A stretch of 32,000 bases of DNA from positions 30,423 to 62,422 of the forward strand of contig NHBK01000020.1 in assembly GCA_002173095.1 (NCBI GenBank), given 5' to 3'. The notes beneath the pieces are model-generated. The model was not told the DNA's origin. It ran no database searches and saw only the letters and a list, made by a program, of their open reading frames with translations. The DNA is from Hyphomonadaceae bacterium TMED5 (GTDB lineage: Bacteria; Pseudomonadota; Alphaproteobacteria; Caulobacterales; Hyphomonadaceae). Both the position numbers and the translations under genes were made by a program. Shown here piece by piece: positions 20,906 through 28,808 of the stretch. The stretch's first letter is position 1, and each line of letters begins with the position of its first letter.

Positions 20906-21528
20906 CGGCGCAGTTCCACGAGCGGGATGGTGGTGATGGAGCCGAGCCGCTCGAGGTCGAGCGTCACGTCGAGCACGTCGGTGTCGAAGCGGACCGGGAC
21001 GTCGAAGACAAAGCCTGCGGTGATCGCGATGCCAGCGCCGGGCGCGGCGCTGAAGGTGACGAGGCCGGTGGTGGCGCCGACCGACCAGCCCGAGGGTTGG
21101 GGTGTGCCGTTCAGGGCGATGGTCACCGTTCCCGCGACGGGCTTGGCTATAGAGCGCGTCCAGGACTGCGCCCCGGAAGTGTAACGCTTCACCAGCTGGA
21201 ACGCGGTCGTCGCGCCGTCGCCGGTACCGATGATCTGGTCGGTGGGCCCAGGCGTGCCGGAGGGCAGACAGGACTTGTGGTCACCCCAGTCCTTGAAGCG
21301 GAACCCATGCAGGCGACCGTTGCGCGCCTCGAAGAAGGCGACGACCGCCGCCAGATCGTCCGCGCGGCGAATGCCGTAGGCGACGTCATAGCGGCGGCGC
21401 GAGTTGGCCCAGCTGGCGTTGCGCTCCTCGTCGCCCGAGGCGAGCTCGACGATCTGGGTGCGGCGCTCCGGGCCGCCGCGCGCGCCCCGGCTGATGTCAT
21501 CCGGAAACCGGACCTCGTGGAACGCCAT
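20902..21528 (-). CDS. RcGTA g12-like distal tail protein (DUF2460/TIGR02217 family)
   Basis: 'MAFHEVRFPDDISRGARGGPERRTQIVELASGDEERNASWANSRRRYDV...FFEARNGRLHGFRFKDW'. The start overlaps the tape-measure stop (TGATG). Confidence 0.85.
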   Translation of the reverse strand: MAFHEVRFPDDISRGARGGPERRTQIVELASGDEERNASWANSRRRYDVAYGIRRADDLAAVVAFFEARNGRLHGFRFKDWGDHKSCLPSGTPGPTDQIIGTGDGATTAFQLVKRYTSGAQSWTRSIAKPVAGTVTIALNGTPQPSGWSVGATTGLVTFSAAPGAGIAITAGFVFDVPVRFDTDVLDVTLDLERLGSITTIPLVELRR

Positions 21529-23840
21529 CACATGCCCCTCCGCCCGAGCGACACGGCGCGGGCGATGTCGGCCGCGATCTGCGTGCGCGATTGCCGGAAG
21601 CTCTCGGCGTCGCGGGCCATAATGGTGACGTTGATCCCGCCGCCCGCGCCGTAGCTCTGCGCCTCGCGCCGCGACAGCACCCTCTCGCCGCGCTGCAGGA
21701 TCGCGGGCACCTCGTCGTGTCGAAGTCCGGCCATGCCGCCGCCATGCATCCGGGGCGCGGCGGCGAAGGCCATCGCCGGGACCATGCGCGAGGGTCCGGC
21801 CGATCCGACCATCCCGCCCGCATGCAGGACGTTGGCGAAGATGCCGCCAGCACCGGAGAACACGCCGGAGAGCGCATTGGCGATCGGCCCGAGGATGAAG
21901 CGCCGCGCCGCGAGCTGGGCGAGATCGGCCAGCAGCGAGGTGACGAGGTCGCGGAAGTTCAGCTTCCCGGTCTTCACGAACTGGCCCACCGCGTTCTCGG
22001 CCGACTGGAACGCGCCGACGAGGCTCTGGCCGATATCGCCGCCGATGTCGCGCGCCTTGCTGGCATAGACGGAGAGCGCCGTTGTGACCGCCCGCCAACC
22101 GGTGACGGCCGCGCCGGTGGCCTCGGTCAGCGCATCGGCACTGGCCTCGTCGGTCCCGCGCACCGCATCGCGCAGCGCCTGCCAGCTTTCCAGTGGCGCG
22201 CGGGCCCCTTCGGCCAGATCGCGCGCGGCGCCCCGGTAGACATTCGCGGACTCTAGCGCCCGGGCGGCTGCCTCGGGCAGGCCAAGATCGGGCGCGGTCA
22301 GCGGGTTGTCCTCGAAGGCCCGGTCGAACGCCGCCTGCGCGGCGGTGGTCGCTGCCGTCGCCGCGCCCTCGAAGCGGTTCTCGATCTCGCCTAGGTCGAG
22401 GTCGGGCACCAGCGAGATGCGCCGCTCCGATCCGAGGGCTTCGAGCCCCTGGTTGATCCCGCCGATGAAGCCGTTGATGCGCGAGACCACGCCGTTCAGC
22501 ATCGCCTCGACACCGTCGACCAGGCTGTTGGCCGCCTGGAACGCCAGATCGCCAATGGCGGCGGGCAGCAGACCCCAGATCGCCTTGATCGCCTCGTAGG
22601 CCCCCTCGAACGTGTTCGCCGCCGTGTTGCCGAAGGCAACGACGCTCTCGATGGCGCTCTGCATGCCCGACGCGGCGTCGGCCTTCAGGTCGAAGAACAT
22701 CGCCGTGGCGGCGGCGCCCGCCGCAGCCGCGCCCATCCTGATCCGCTCCCAGACCTCGACCGCGAGGTCCTTCAAGGGCGACATCGCCTCGCCGAACCCA
22801 CCCGCACCTGAGACGAGGCGGGTGAACTGGTAGACAAGCTCTCCCGCGCCAACGACCAGCGCCCCGATCCCGGTGCGAATCAGCGCTCCGCGCAGCACGA
22901 CCAGCGCCGTGGCGAGGCCACGGACCGAGAGCGCGGCAGCGGCCATGCCGGCGATCCAACGTCCCGCGAGGAACGCGGCGAAGGTGGCGGCATAGGTCGT
23001 CAGGCGGCCGATGTTGTCGAAGAGGCCGCGGATCGCGATGCCGAGCGGCCCGGTGCGGCTGGCGACCGCCGCCATGGCGTTGGCGACGGCTTCCAGCGCA
23101 GGCGCTGCTGCGACAGCTAGTTGGTTCGACAGCCCGCGCCAGATCAGCCCGAGCCGGGAGATCGCGTCGTTCGTGCGTTCGATCTGGTCGGCATCCTGCT
23201 CCGAGACGACTACCCCGAAGGCGAGGACGTCCTCCGTCGCCTGGCGCAGCGTCGCGGTGTCGATCCGGCTCATGGCGATGGAGCCTTCCTCGCCGAAGAG
23301 CTGACCCGCGACGGCGGCGCGCTCTGCGGCAGGCACGAAGTTCTCGATGGCGGCGTTGATCGCACCCACGCGCTGGTCCAGAGGCAGGGCGATCAGCTCG
23401 TTGGCCGACAGCCCGAGCCGGTCGAGCGCGTCAGCGGCAGGGCCGGTCCCGGCCGCCGCTTGGCTGAGACGGCGCGTCAGATCCTTCGTTGCCTGCTCGA
23501 TCCCGGACATCGACACGCCCGCCAGCTCGCCCGCGCGCTCCAGCGTCTGGATCGAGGCGACGGTGGTGCCGAGCGACTGCGCGAGCTTGGCCTGCGCATC
23601 GACCGTTTGCAGGCCGGAGCGGATCATCGCCACGCCAGCGGCGGCAGCGGCCGCTACGGCGGCGGCGGATGCGACAGCAACACGCCGCGAGAAGGCTGCG
23701 AGCCTCGCATTGGCCGCCTCCATCTCGCGGCTCAGCCGTCCGAAGCCGCGGGATCCGGCTTCGCCCACGCCTTCCAGTTCCGCGCGCACCTGCCGTCCGC
23801 CCACGGCCGCGAGGCGGACGCTGACCCTCTTCTCAGCCAT
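21528..23840 (-). CDS. tail tape measure protein (770 aa)
   Basis: Long Ala/Gly-rich helical protein in the canonical position after the chaperone pair. N-terminal 'KLAQSLGTTVASIQTLERAGELAGVS...ATKDLTRRL' is typical of TMP N-domains. Confidence 0.85.
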   Translation of the reverse strand: MAEKRVSVRLAAVGGRQVRAELEGVGEAGSRGFGRLSREMEAANARLAAFSRRVAVASAAAVAAAAAAGVAMIRSGLQTVDAQAKLAQSLGTTVASIQTLERAGELAGVSMSGIEQATKDLTRRLSQAAAGTGPAADALDRLGLSANELIALPLDQRVGAINAAIENFVPAAERAAVAGQLFGEEGSIAMSRIDTATLRQATEDVLAFGVVVSEQDADQIERTNDAISRLGLIWRGLSNQLAVAAAPALEAVANAMAAVASRTGPLGIAIRGLFDNIGRLTTYAATFAAFLAGRWIAGMAAAALSVRGLATALVVLRGALIRTGIGALVVGAGELVYQFTRLVSGAGGFGEAMSPLKDLAVEVWERIRMGAAAAGAAATAMFFDLKADAASGMQSAIESVVAFGNTAANTFEGAYEAIKAIWGLLPAAIGDLAFQAANSLVDGVEAMLNGVVSRINGFIGGINQGLEALGSERRISLVPDLDLGEIENRFEGAATAATTAAQAAFDRAFEDNPLTAPDLGLPEAAARALESANVYRGAARDLAEGARAPLESWQALRDAVRGTDEASADALTEATGAAVTGWRAVTTALSVYASKARDIGGDIGQSLVGAFQSAENAVGQFVKTGKLNFRDLVTSLLADLAQLAARRFILGPIANALSGVFSGAGGIFANVLHAGGMVGSAGPSRMVPAMAFAAAPRMHGGGMAGLRHDEVPAILQRGERVLSRREAQSYGAGGGINVTIMARDAESFRQSRTQIAADIARAVSLGRRGM

Positions 23841-24500
23841 GGGACTGATCCATCTGTTCGTTGAGTTTGGTGACCATCACCGCCTCGATGACGGGCAGCA
23901 GTTCGGCCATGGCGAGCGGCGGCACGCCGAGCGCGCCACCGAGCGCCAGCGCCGCCGACATGTCCCAGCCGATCACCGCGCCGGGCAGGACACGCAGCTG
24001 ACCGCCGAGGCGCCCGACGAGGTCCCAGACCTGCCAACCTTCATGCGTCAGGGGCCGGTTCAGCCGCGCCGGGCAGTCTTCGCAGATTTGCGCGCAGGCT
24101 TCGCAGTAGCGGTCGCCCCCGCCGAAGGACCATTCGGCGAGAGCGCGGAGGCGTTTTTTTCCTGTTCCAGCAGCAGGCCCTTGGAGACGTAGGTCAGCTG
24201 GAACGCCTCGAAGATCGGCCAGACGTCGAGCAGCGCGTCGATGGCCTCGGGGCTCGGGTCGATGGGCTTGCCGTCGGCATCGCCGATGCCCTCCCAGCCG
24301 AGCACAGCCCGTCGCGCCAGCGCCTTGGCGAAGGCGACGGCGCGCTCCTCGTCGGAAGCCTCCTCGGGCACCGCCTCGACGGCGGGGTCGCTGCGCGTCG
24401 CGACCATCAGGGCGGTCGTCAGCGGGCGCAGTTGCACCCGGACGCCGGGGGCGAGGTCATGCCAGCGCGGCGCGTTGGTCAGGTCGAGCGTCAGCATCAA
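23833..24500 (-). CDS. tail assembly chaperone -1 frameshift fusion product (GT-like)
   Basis: After a slip at A_AAA_AAC the -1 frame stays open for about 108 codons ('KRLRALAEWSFGGGDRYCEACAQICEDCPARL...AELLPVIEAVMVTKLNEQMDQSHG*'). It stops at 23833-23835, overlapping the TMP ATG (23840). Confidence 0.65.
24060..24500 (-). CDS. tail assembly chaperone (G-like, zero-frame product)
   Basis: 146 aa, acidic, positioned between the tail tube and TMP. Contains the slippery run 94 nt before its stop. Confidence 0.7.
   Translation of the reverse strand: MMLTLDLTNAPRWHDLAPGVRVQLRPLTTALMVATRSDPAVEAVPEEASDEERAVAFAKALARRAVLGWEGIGDADGKPIDPSPEAIDALLDVWPIFEAFQLTYVSKGLLLEQEKNASALSPNGPSAGATATAKPARKSAKTARRG
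24154..24160 (-). promoter_or_regulatory. programmed -1 ribosomal frameshift slippery heptamer A_AAA_AAC (A7 run)
   Basis: Plus strand T7 at 24154-24160. On the coding strand 'cag gaA AAA AAC gcc' is in X_XXY_YYZ phase with the chaperone zero frame. Confidence 0.65.
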
Positions 24501-25438
24501 TACGTCTCCACGTCATTCACGAGGGTGGCGGTGCACATCCGGCCGACGACGCTGTCGCGCGCGGCCTGCCAGTCGAATGTCGCCTGGACGCCCTGCGGCC
24601 CGGAAATCTCGATCCGTGGACGCGGCAGGTAGACGGCGTGCACGGTGAAGGAGAAGCTTTCGCCTGAAGGCAGGACGTAGGCGAATTCCATCTCGCAGGC
24701 CTCGCCGTTGATCGCCTGCGTCACCAGCGTCTGGTCGGCGAAGCGCACCTCGATCCGGCCCGTCAGCGCGGCAATGGATGGATCCGCGCCATCGATGCGG
24801 CCGTCCGAGCGGATGGTCTCGATCCGGTCGAGGTTGTTGGCGTAGGTGATCTCGGCCGAGACCACATTGCCGAGGGCGGTGCCGTTCCGGGTGATCGCCC
24901 CGTTGAAATGGCCGAAGCGCTTCAACTCCAGTGCGGCGGGCGTTCCGGCACTGGTCGTGGTGCCGACCGTCTCGCCCTGCGCCACCAGCCGCGCGGTCGC
25001 GGTGAGCAGGCCCGAGCGCTGCATCTGCCAGGTGATCTGGTCGAGCACGCAGCCCGAGTACATCGCATAGCGGGGCACCTCGGGCATGCCGGTCTCGATC
25101 GACATCGAGGGCAACGTCCAGGACCCCGACTGAAATTCGTGGCTGTACGGGGCCTCCGCGCCCGTGGTCGTGGGCGCGCCGAAGGCTGCCTTCAGCCAGA
25201 AGCCGAACGCCTCGGCGTCCAGCGGCACGACGACGTCGCCGTCGGCCGTCACGGCGTCCTTGATCGGCGCTAGCGGATCGCGGCCGTAGCCGAGAAGCTC
25301 CGAATTCAGCAGCGGCTGCTCCGCGCCGAGCGACGTGCTGGCGAAGGGCATGCGGGTGAAGCCGCTGACGGGCGGCGTTCCATAGGTCGTCTCGAACGCA
25401 AGCGCCATCAGCGCTCGCGCCCCTTGGGCTCGTGCCAT
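24497..25438 (-). CDS. major tail (tube) protein
   Basis: 313 aa and beta-rich, immediately upstream of the chaperone pair with an ATGA overlap. Called on position and composition, not on a motif I can name. Confidence 0.65.
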   Translation of the reverse strand: MARAQGARALMALAFETTYGTPPVSGFTRMPFASTSLGAEQPLLNSELLGYGRDPLAPIKDAVTADGDVVVPLDAEAFGFWLKAAFGAPTTTGAEAPYSHEFQSGSWTLPSMSIETGMPEVPRYAMYSGCVLDQITWQMQRSGLLTATARLVAQGETVGTTTSAGTPAALELKRFGHFNGAITRNGTALGNVVSAEITYANNLDRIETIRSDGRIDGADPSIAALTGRIEVRFADQTLVTQAINGEACEMEFAYVLPSGESFSFTVHAVYLPRPRIEISGPQGVQATFDWQAARDSVVGRMCTATLVNDVETY

Positions 25439-25462
25439 GTTCGTCTCCTGTGGTCGGTTGGG

Positions 25463-25879
25463 TCAGGCCAGCGGGTCGGCCGTGGAATAGTGCAGCACGA
25501 CCGGGATAACGGCGGCCTTCAGACTCGCCGCGCCCTCGACCGGCAGATCGACCGGGCGCGGGGCTTCGGCCTCGACCCAGTCGCAGAACCCGCCCAGCGT
25601 CCGGTCGGCGGCGAGCGCTGCGCCGATGCTGGCGGTCAGCGTGTCAAAGGCGGCGTCGCGATCGGCACCCTGAACGACCGCCTCGATCTCGGCTCGGTGC
25701 TGGTAGTGATAGCGCAGCGGCGACAGCGTGACTTCGGGCGCACCTGGTTCGCCATCGCGCAGGATCATCAGGCCCTCGACCGGCATGCGCTCGGGCAGCA
25801 CGTCCCCGCGCAGAGCGGTGGCGGGCAGCGCCGAGAGCCGCGCGTGCAGCGCGACGAGGATGGTTTCGCGAGGTGTCAT
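25463..25879 (-). CDS. tail completion/terminator-like protein (DUF3168-like)
   Basis: 138 aa starting 'MTPRETILVALHARLSALPATALRGDVLP...'. Size, position directly upstream of the tube gene and overall pattern resemble DUF3168 tail-completion proteins. The rest of ORF 25463-27172 is antisense to mer genes. Confidence 0.55.
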   Translation of the reverse strand: MTPRETILVALHARLSALPATALRGDVLPERMPVEGLMILRDGEPGAPEVTLSPLRYHYQHRAEIEAVVQGADRDAAFDTLTASIGAALAADRTLGGFCDWVEAEAPRPVDLPVEGAASLKAAVIPVVLHYSTADPLA

Positions 25880-26301
25880 GGGTCGGCCGAGTTGGAAATC
25901 GCGTCGAGCACCGGACAATCGGGGACTTCGGCGCCCGAACACCTGGATGCAGTTGTAGCGAGGACGGATTCGATACGCCGAAGATCCGCGATCCTCGCGC
26001 GGACATCGGCAAGGTGCCGCTCCGTCCGTTCCTTGACCTCGGCGCAGGTCGGCGCGGCGCCGTCGCCGAGCCCCATCAGCCCGCGGATGTCCTCCATCGA
26101 GAACCCGAGTTCGCGGGCGCGCAGGATGAAGCGGAGGCGTGTGGCGTGTGCGGCGGAATAGACCCGGTAGCCGGCGTCCGTGCGGGGCGGGTCGGGCAGC
26201 AGGCCGGTCTTCTCGTAATAGCGGATCGTCTCGATGTTGCAGCCGGTCGCCCGGGCCAGGTCGCCGCGTGTGAAGCCGCTCTCGCGCTCGTGATCGGTCA
26301 T
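25876..26301 (-). CDS. merR: MerR Hg(II)-responsive transcriptional regulator
   Basis: Start at 'MTDHERESGFTRGDLARATGCNIETIRYYEKTGLL' (MerR HTH). The three metal-binding Cys lie in 'PTCAEV' and 'RCSGAEVPDCPVL'. Divergent from merT. Confidence 0.9.
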   Translation of the reverse strand: MTDHERESGFTRGDLARATGCNIETIRYYEKTGLLPDPPRTDAGYRVYSAAHATRLRFILRARELGFSMEDIRGLMGLGDGAAPTCAEVKERTERHLADVRARIADLRRIESVLATTASRCSGAEVPDCPVLDAISNSADP

Positions 26302-26315
26302 GGGCAAGTTTCCTC

Positions 26316-26346
26316 TTGAGCCTGTAGTTGCTACAGACCCTACACC
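26316..26346 (+). promoter_or_regulatory. mer operator/promoter (PmerT) with 19-bp spacer
   Basis: -35 TTGAGC (26316-26321), a 19-nt spacer containing the perfect dyad CTGTAG-TTG-CTACAG (26322-26336), and -10-like TACACC (26341-26346). The over-long spacer with a central dyad is the MerR-family hallmark. Confidence 0.75.
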
Positions 26347-26377
26347 CATCGTCAATCACAGACGAGAGGTGCGCGAC

Positions 26378-26767
26378 ATGGCGCTGACAGACGACAGAAC
26401 GGACAGCACGGGCGCGGATCGCCCCGCCCGAAAGGGCTGGCTCGCGGCGGGCGGTGTGGTGGGCGCCTTTCTCGCCTCGGCCTGCTGCATCGGGCCGCTG
26501 GTGCTTCTGACTCTCGGCATCTCGGGCGCCTGGATCGGCAACCTGACGGCTCTGGAGCCTTACAAGCCGATCTTCGCCGTGATCGCGCTCGGCTTCATCG
26601 CGGCGGGTTTCTGGCAGGTCTATTTCCGCAAGCCAACCGTCTGCGAACCCGGTTCCTACTGCGCAAGGCCAGCATCGGCGCGCATCACCAAGTCGGCTCT
26701 CTGGGCCTCCCTGATCCTCGTTCTCGCAGCCCTCACCATCGACTGGTGGGCCCCGCTTCTCTACTGA
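26378..26767 (+). CDS. merT: MerT mercuric ion transporter
   Basis: 'FLASACCIGPLVLLTLGISGAWIGNLTALEPYKPIF' (TM1 CC pair) and the cytoplasmic pair 'VCEPGSYC'. Collinear with Tn21 MerT as I recall it. Confidence 0.9.
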   Translation: MALTDDRTDSTGADRPARKGWLAAGGVVGAFLASACCIGPLVLLTLGISGAWIGNLTALEPYKPIFAVIALGFIAAGFWQVYFRKPTVCEPGSYCARPASARITKSALWASLILVLAALTIDWWAPLLY

Positions 26768-26785
26768 CCCCGAAAGGACATCCAC

Positions 26786-27091
26786 ATGAAGAAGATCCTT
26801 GCACTCGCCTTGTTCGGCCTGACCGCCGTTGTGCCGATCACCGCCATCCCTGTTGCCGCGCAGACCGTCGCCGCCGAGCAGACCGTCACCTTCGCGGTGG
26901 ACAACATGACCTGCGCGCTCTGCCCAGTCACCGTGAAGCGTGCGATGGAGGGCGTCGCGGGCGTGCGCGCCGTCGAGATCGACTTCGATGCCCGCACCGC
27001 CACGGTGATCTTCGACACCGCCGCGACGAGCGCCGACGCCATCGCGACCGCGTCGGCCAATGCAGGCTACCCGGCGCGTGTCGCGGGCTGA
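26786..27091 (+). CDS. merP: MerP periplasmic mercury-binding protein
   Basis: Signal peptide plus HMA motif 'NMTCALCPVTVKRAM'. SD AAAGGA upstream. Confidence 0.9.
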   Translation: MKKILALALFGLTAVVPITAIPVAAQTVAAEQTVTFAVDNMTCALCPVTVKRAMEGVAGVRAVEIDFDARTATVIFDTAATSADAIATASANAGYPARVAG

Positions 27092-27095
27092 CGAG

Positions 27096-27329
27096 ATGAC
27101 CGAGCAGTCCGACCGCAAGCTGATCGCGACAGGGATCGTCGGCACCGTCATCGCGGCGCTCTGCTGCTTCACTCCGGTGCTGGTGGTGCTTCTGGGTGCC
27201 GTGGGCCTGTCGGCCTGGCTGGGTTGGCTCGACTACGTTCTGCTGCCCGCGCTCGCCTTTTTCGTCGCGCTGACCGTGTACGCGGTCTGGAGACGGCAGC
27301 GGCGCCAGACCACTCGAACGGATGGATGA
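27096..27329 (+). CDS. merF: MerF two-TM mercury transporter (lacks the C-terminal CC pair)
   Basis: 'ALCCFTPVLVVLLGAVGLSAWLGWLDYVLLPALAFFVALTVYA' matches the MerF core. Ends '...WRRQRRQTTRTDG' with no second Cys pair. Confidence 0.8.
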   Translation: MTEQSDRKLIATGIVGTVIAALCCFTPVLVVLLGAVGLSAWLGWLDYVLLPALAFFVALTVYAVWRRQRRQTTRTDG

Positions 27330-28758
27330 CTTGATGAAAGACGATTGCTGCGCGCCCAAGGGCGATTTCGACCTTGCCGTGATCGGCGCCGGATCGGCCG
27401 GGTTCTCGGCCGCGATCACCGCCGCCGAGGGAGGCAAGCGCGTCGCGCTGATCGGCCATGGCACCATCGGCGGGACCTGCGTGAACGTGGGCTGTGTGCC
27501 CTCCAAGACGATGATCCGGGCCGCGGAAGCCCTGCACGGTGCGCAGACAGCACATCGGTTCCCGGGCCTGAACAGCGAGGCGCAGGTCGCCGACTGGTCG
27601 GCGCTGATTGCGGCCAAGGACGATCTTGTCGCGACACTGCGCCAGAAGAAGTACGCCGATCTGCTGCCGGGCTACGGCGGTGTGACCTATCTCGACGAGG
27701 GTCCGGCGCGTCTCGTCCTCGGCGGGGTCGAGGTCGGCGGGCGCAGGATCACGGCTCCCAAGGTGATCGTCGCGACCGGTGGCCGACCCGCCGTGCCCGA
27801 CATCCCTGGGATCCAGGACGCACCAACGCTCGACAGCACGTCGCTGCTGGAGCTGGACCGGTTGCCCGAAAGCCTGATCTTCCTCGGCGGCGGCTACATC
27901 GGCGTGGAGCTGGCGCAGATGATGGCGCGGATGGGCACCCGCGTCACCATTGTCTGCCGCTCGCGCCTGCTGCCGCGCACAGAGCCGGAGGTGTCCCGGG
28001 CGCTGACGGAGACGCTGCGCGCCGAGGGCGTCGCGGTTGTCGATGGCGCGACCTACGACGCCGCACGGCGCGACGGGGCCCGTGCGGTCCTGACGGTGAC
28101 GGTGGACGGCGCAGACCGCGATCTGACGGCCGACCGCCTCGTCCTGACGACGGGACGCGCAGCCAACACCGAGGGGCTGGGCCTCGCGGAGATGGGCGTC
28201 GAGACCGACGCGCGTGGCGCGATCCGGGTGGGCGACGACATGCAGACCACGAAGGCCGGCATCTTCGCGGCGGGCGATGTGACCGACCGCGACCAGTTCG
28301 TCTACATGGCCGCCTATGGCGCCAAGCTCGCGTCCCGCAACGCCGTTCTGGGCGGGGCGGAGCGCTACGACAACGCCGCGATGCCGTGGGTGGTGTTCAC
28401 CGATCCGCAGGTCGCCGGCGTCGGGCTGACCGAGGCGCAGGCGCGCGCCGCGGGTCATGACGTCAAGACCAGTGTGCTGACGCTCGACAACGTGCCCCGC
28501 GCGCTCGCCGCCCGCGACACGCGCGGCCTGATCAAGCTCGTCGCGGACCGGGCGACCGACCGCCTCCTGGGCGGCGTGATCATGGCGCCGGAGGGAGCCG
28601 ACAGTGTCCAGACGCTCGCCATGGCGCTCAAGTTCGGCATGACGACAAAGGCGCTCGGCGAGACGATCTTCCCCTATCTGACCACGGTAGAGGGGCTGAA
28701 GCTCGCCGCGCAGACCTTCGACAAGGATGTCGCGAAGCTGTCGTGCTGCGCGGGGTAA
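27322..28758 (+). CDS. merA: mercuric reductase MerA, core enzyme without N-terminal HMA (NmerA) domain
   Basis: 'AVIGAGSAGFSAA' (FAD), redox-active 'GGTCVNVGCVPSK', and C-terminal 'KLSCCAG'. Alternative start at ATG 27334. The N-terminal tail is 'MDDLMKDDCCAPKG'. Confidence 0.92.
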   Translation: MDDLMKDDCCAPKGDFDLAVIGAGSAGFSAAITAAEGGKRVALIGHGTIGGTCVNVGCVPSKTMIRAAEALHGAQTAHRFPGLNSEAQVADWSALIAAKDDLVATLRQKKYADLLPGYGGVTYLDEGPARLVLGGVEVGGRRITAPKVIVATGGRPAVPDIPGIQDAPTLDSTSLLELDRLPESLIFLGGGYIGVELAQMMARMGTRVTIVCRSRLLPRTEPEVSRALTETLRAEGVAVVDGATYDAARRDGARAVLTVTVDGADRDLTADRLVLTTGRAANTEGLGLAEMGVETDARGAIRVGDDMQTTKAGIFAAGDVTDRDQFVYMAAYGAKLASRNAVLGGAERYDNAAMPWVVFTDPQVAGVGLTEAQARAAGHDVKTSVLTLDNVPRALAARDTRGLIKLVADRATDRLLGGVIMAPEGADSVQTLAMALKFGMTTKALGETIFPYLTTVEGLKLAAQTFDKDVAKLSCCAG

Positions 28759-28808
28759 CCCGAGCCGTCGGTTTCGTGGCTGCCGAGCAAGATTGCGCAT
28801 CGATGCGA

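Noticed and set aside
20902-22959. 685-aa minus-strand ORF.
   Set aside because: Only the last 208 codons (g12, from ATG 21528) are genuine. The upstream part is an alternative frame of the tape-measure gene and is Arg/Gly-rich.
25463-27172. 569-aa minus-strand ORF covering the mer region.
   Set aside because: Only its last 138 codons (25463-25879) look like a real phage protein. The rest is out of frame with merR and antisense to merT, merP and merF.
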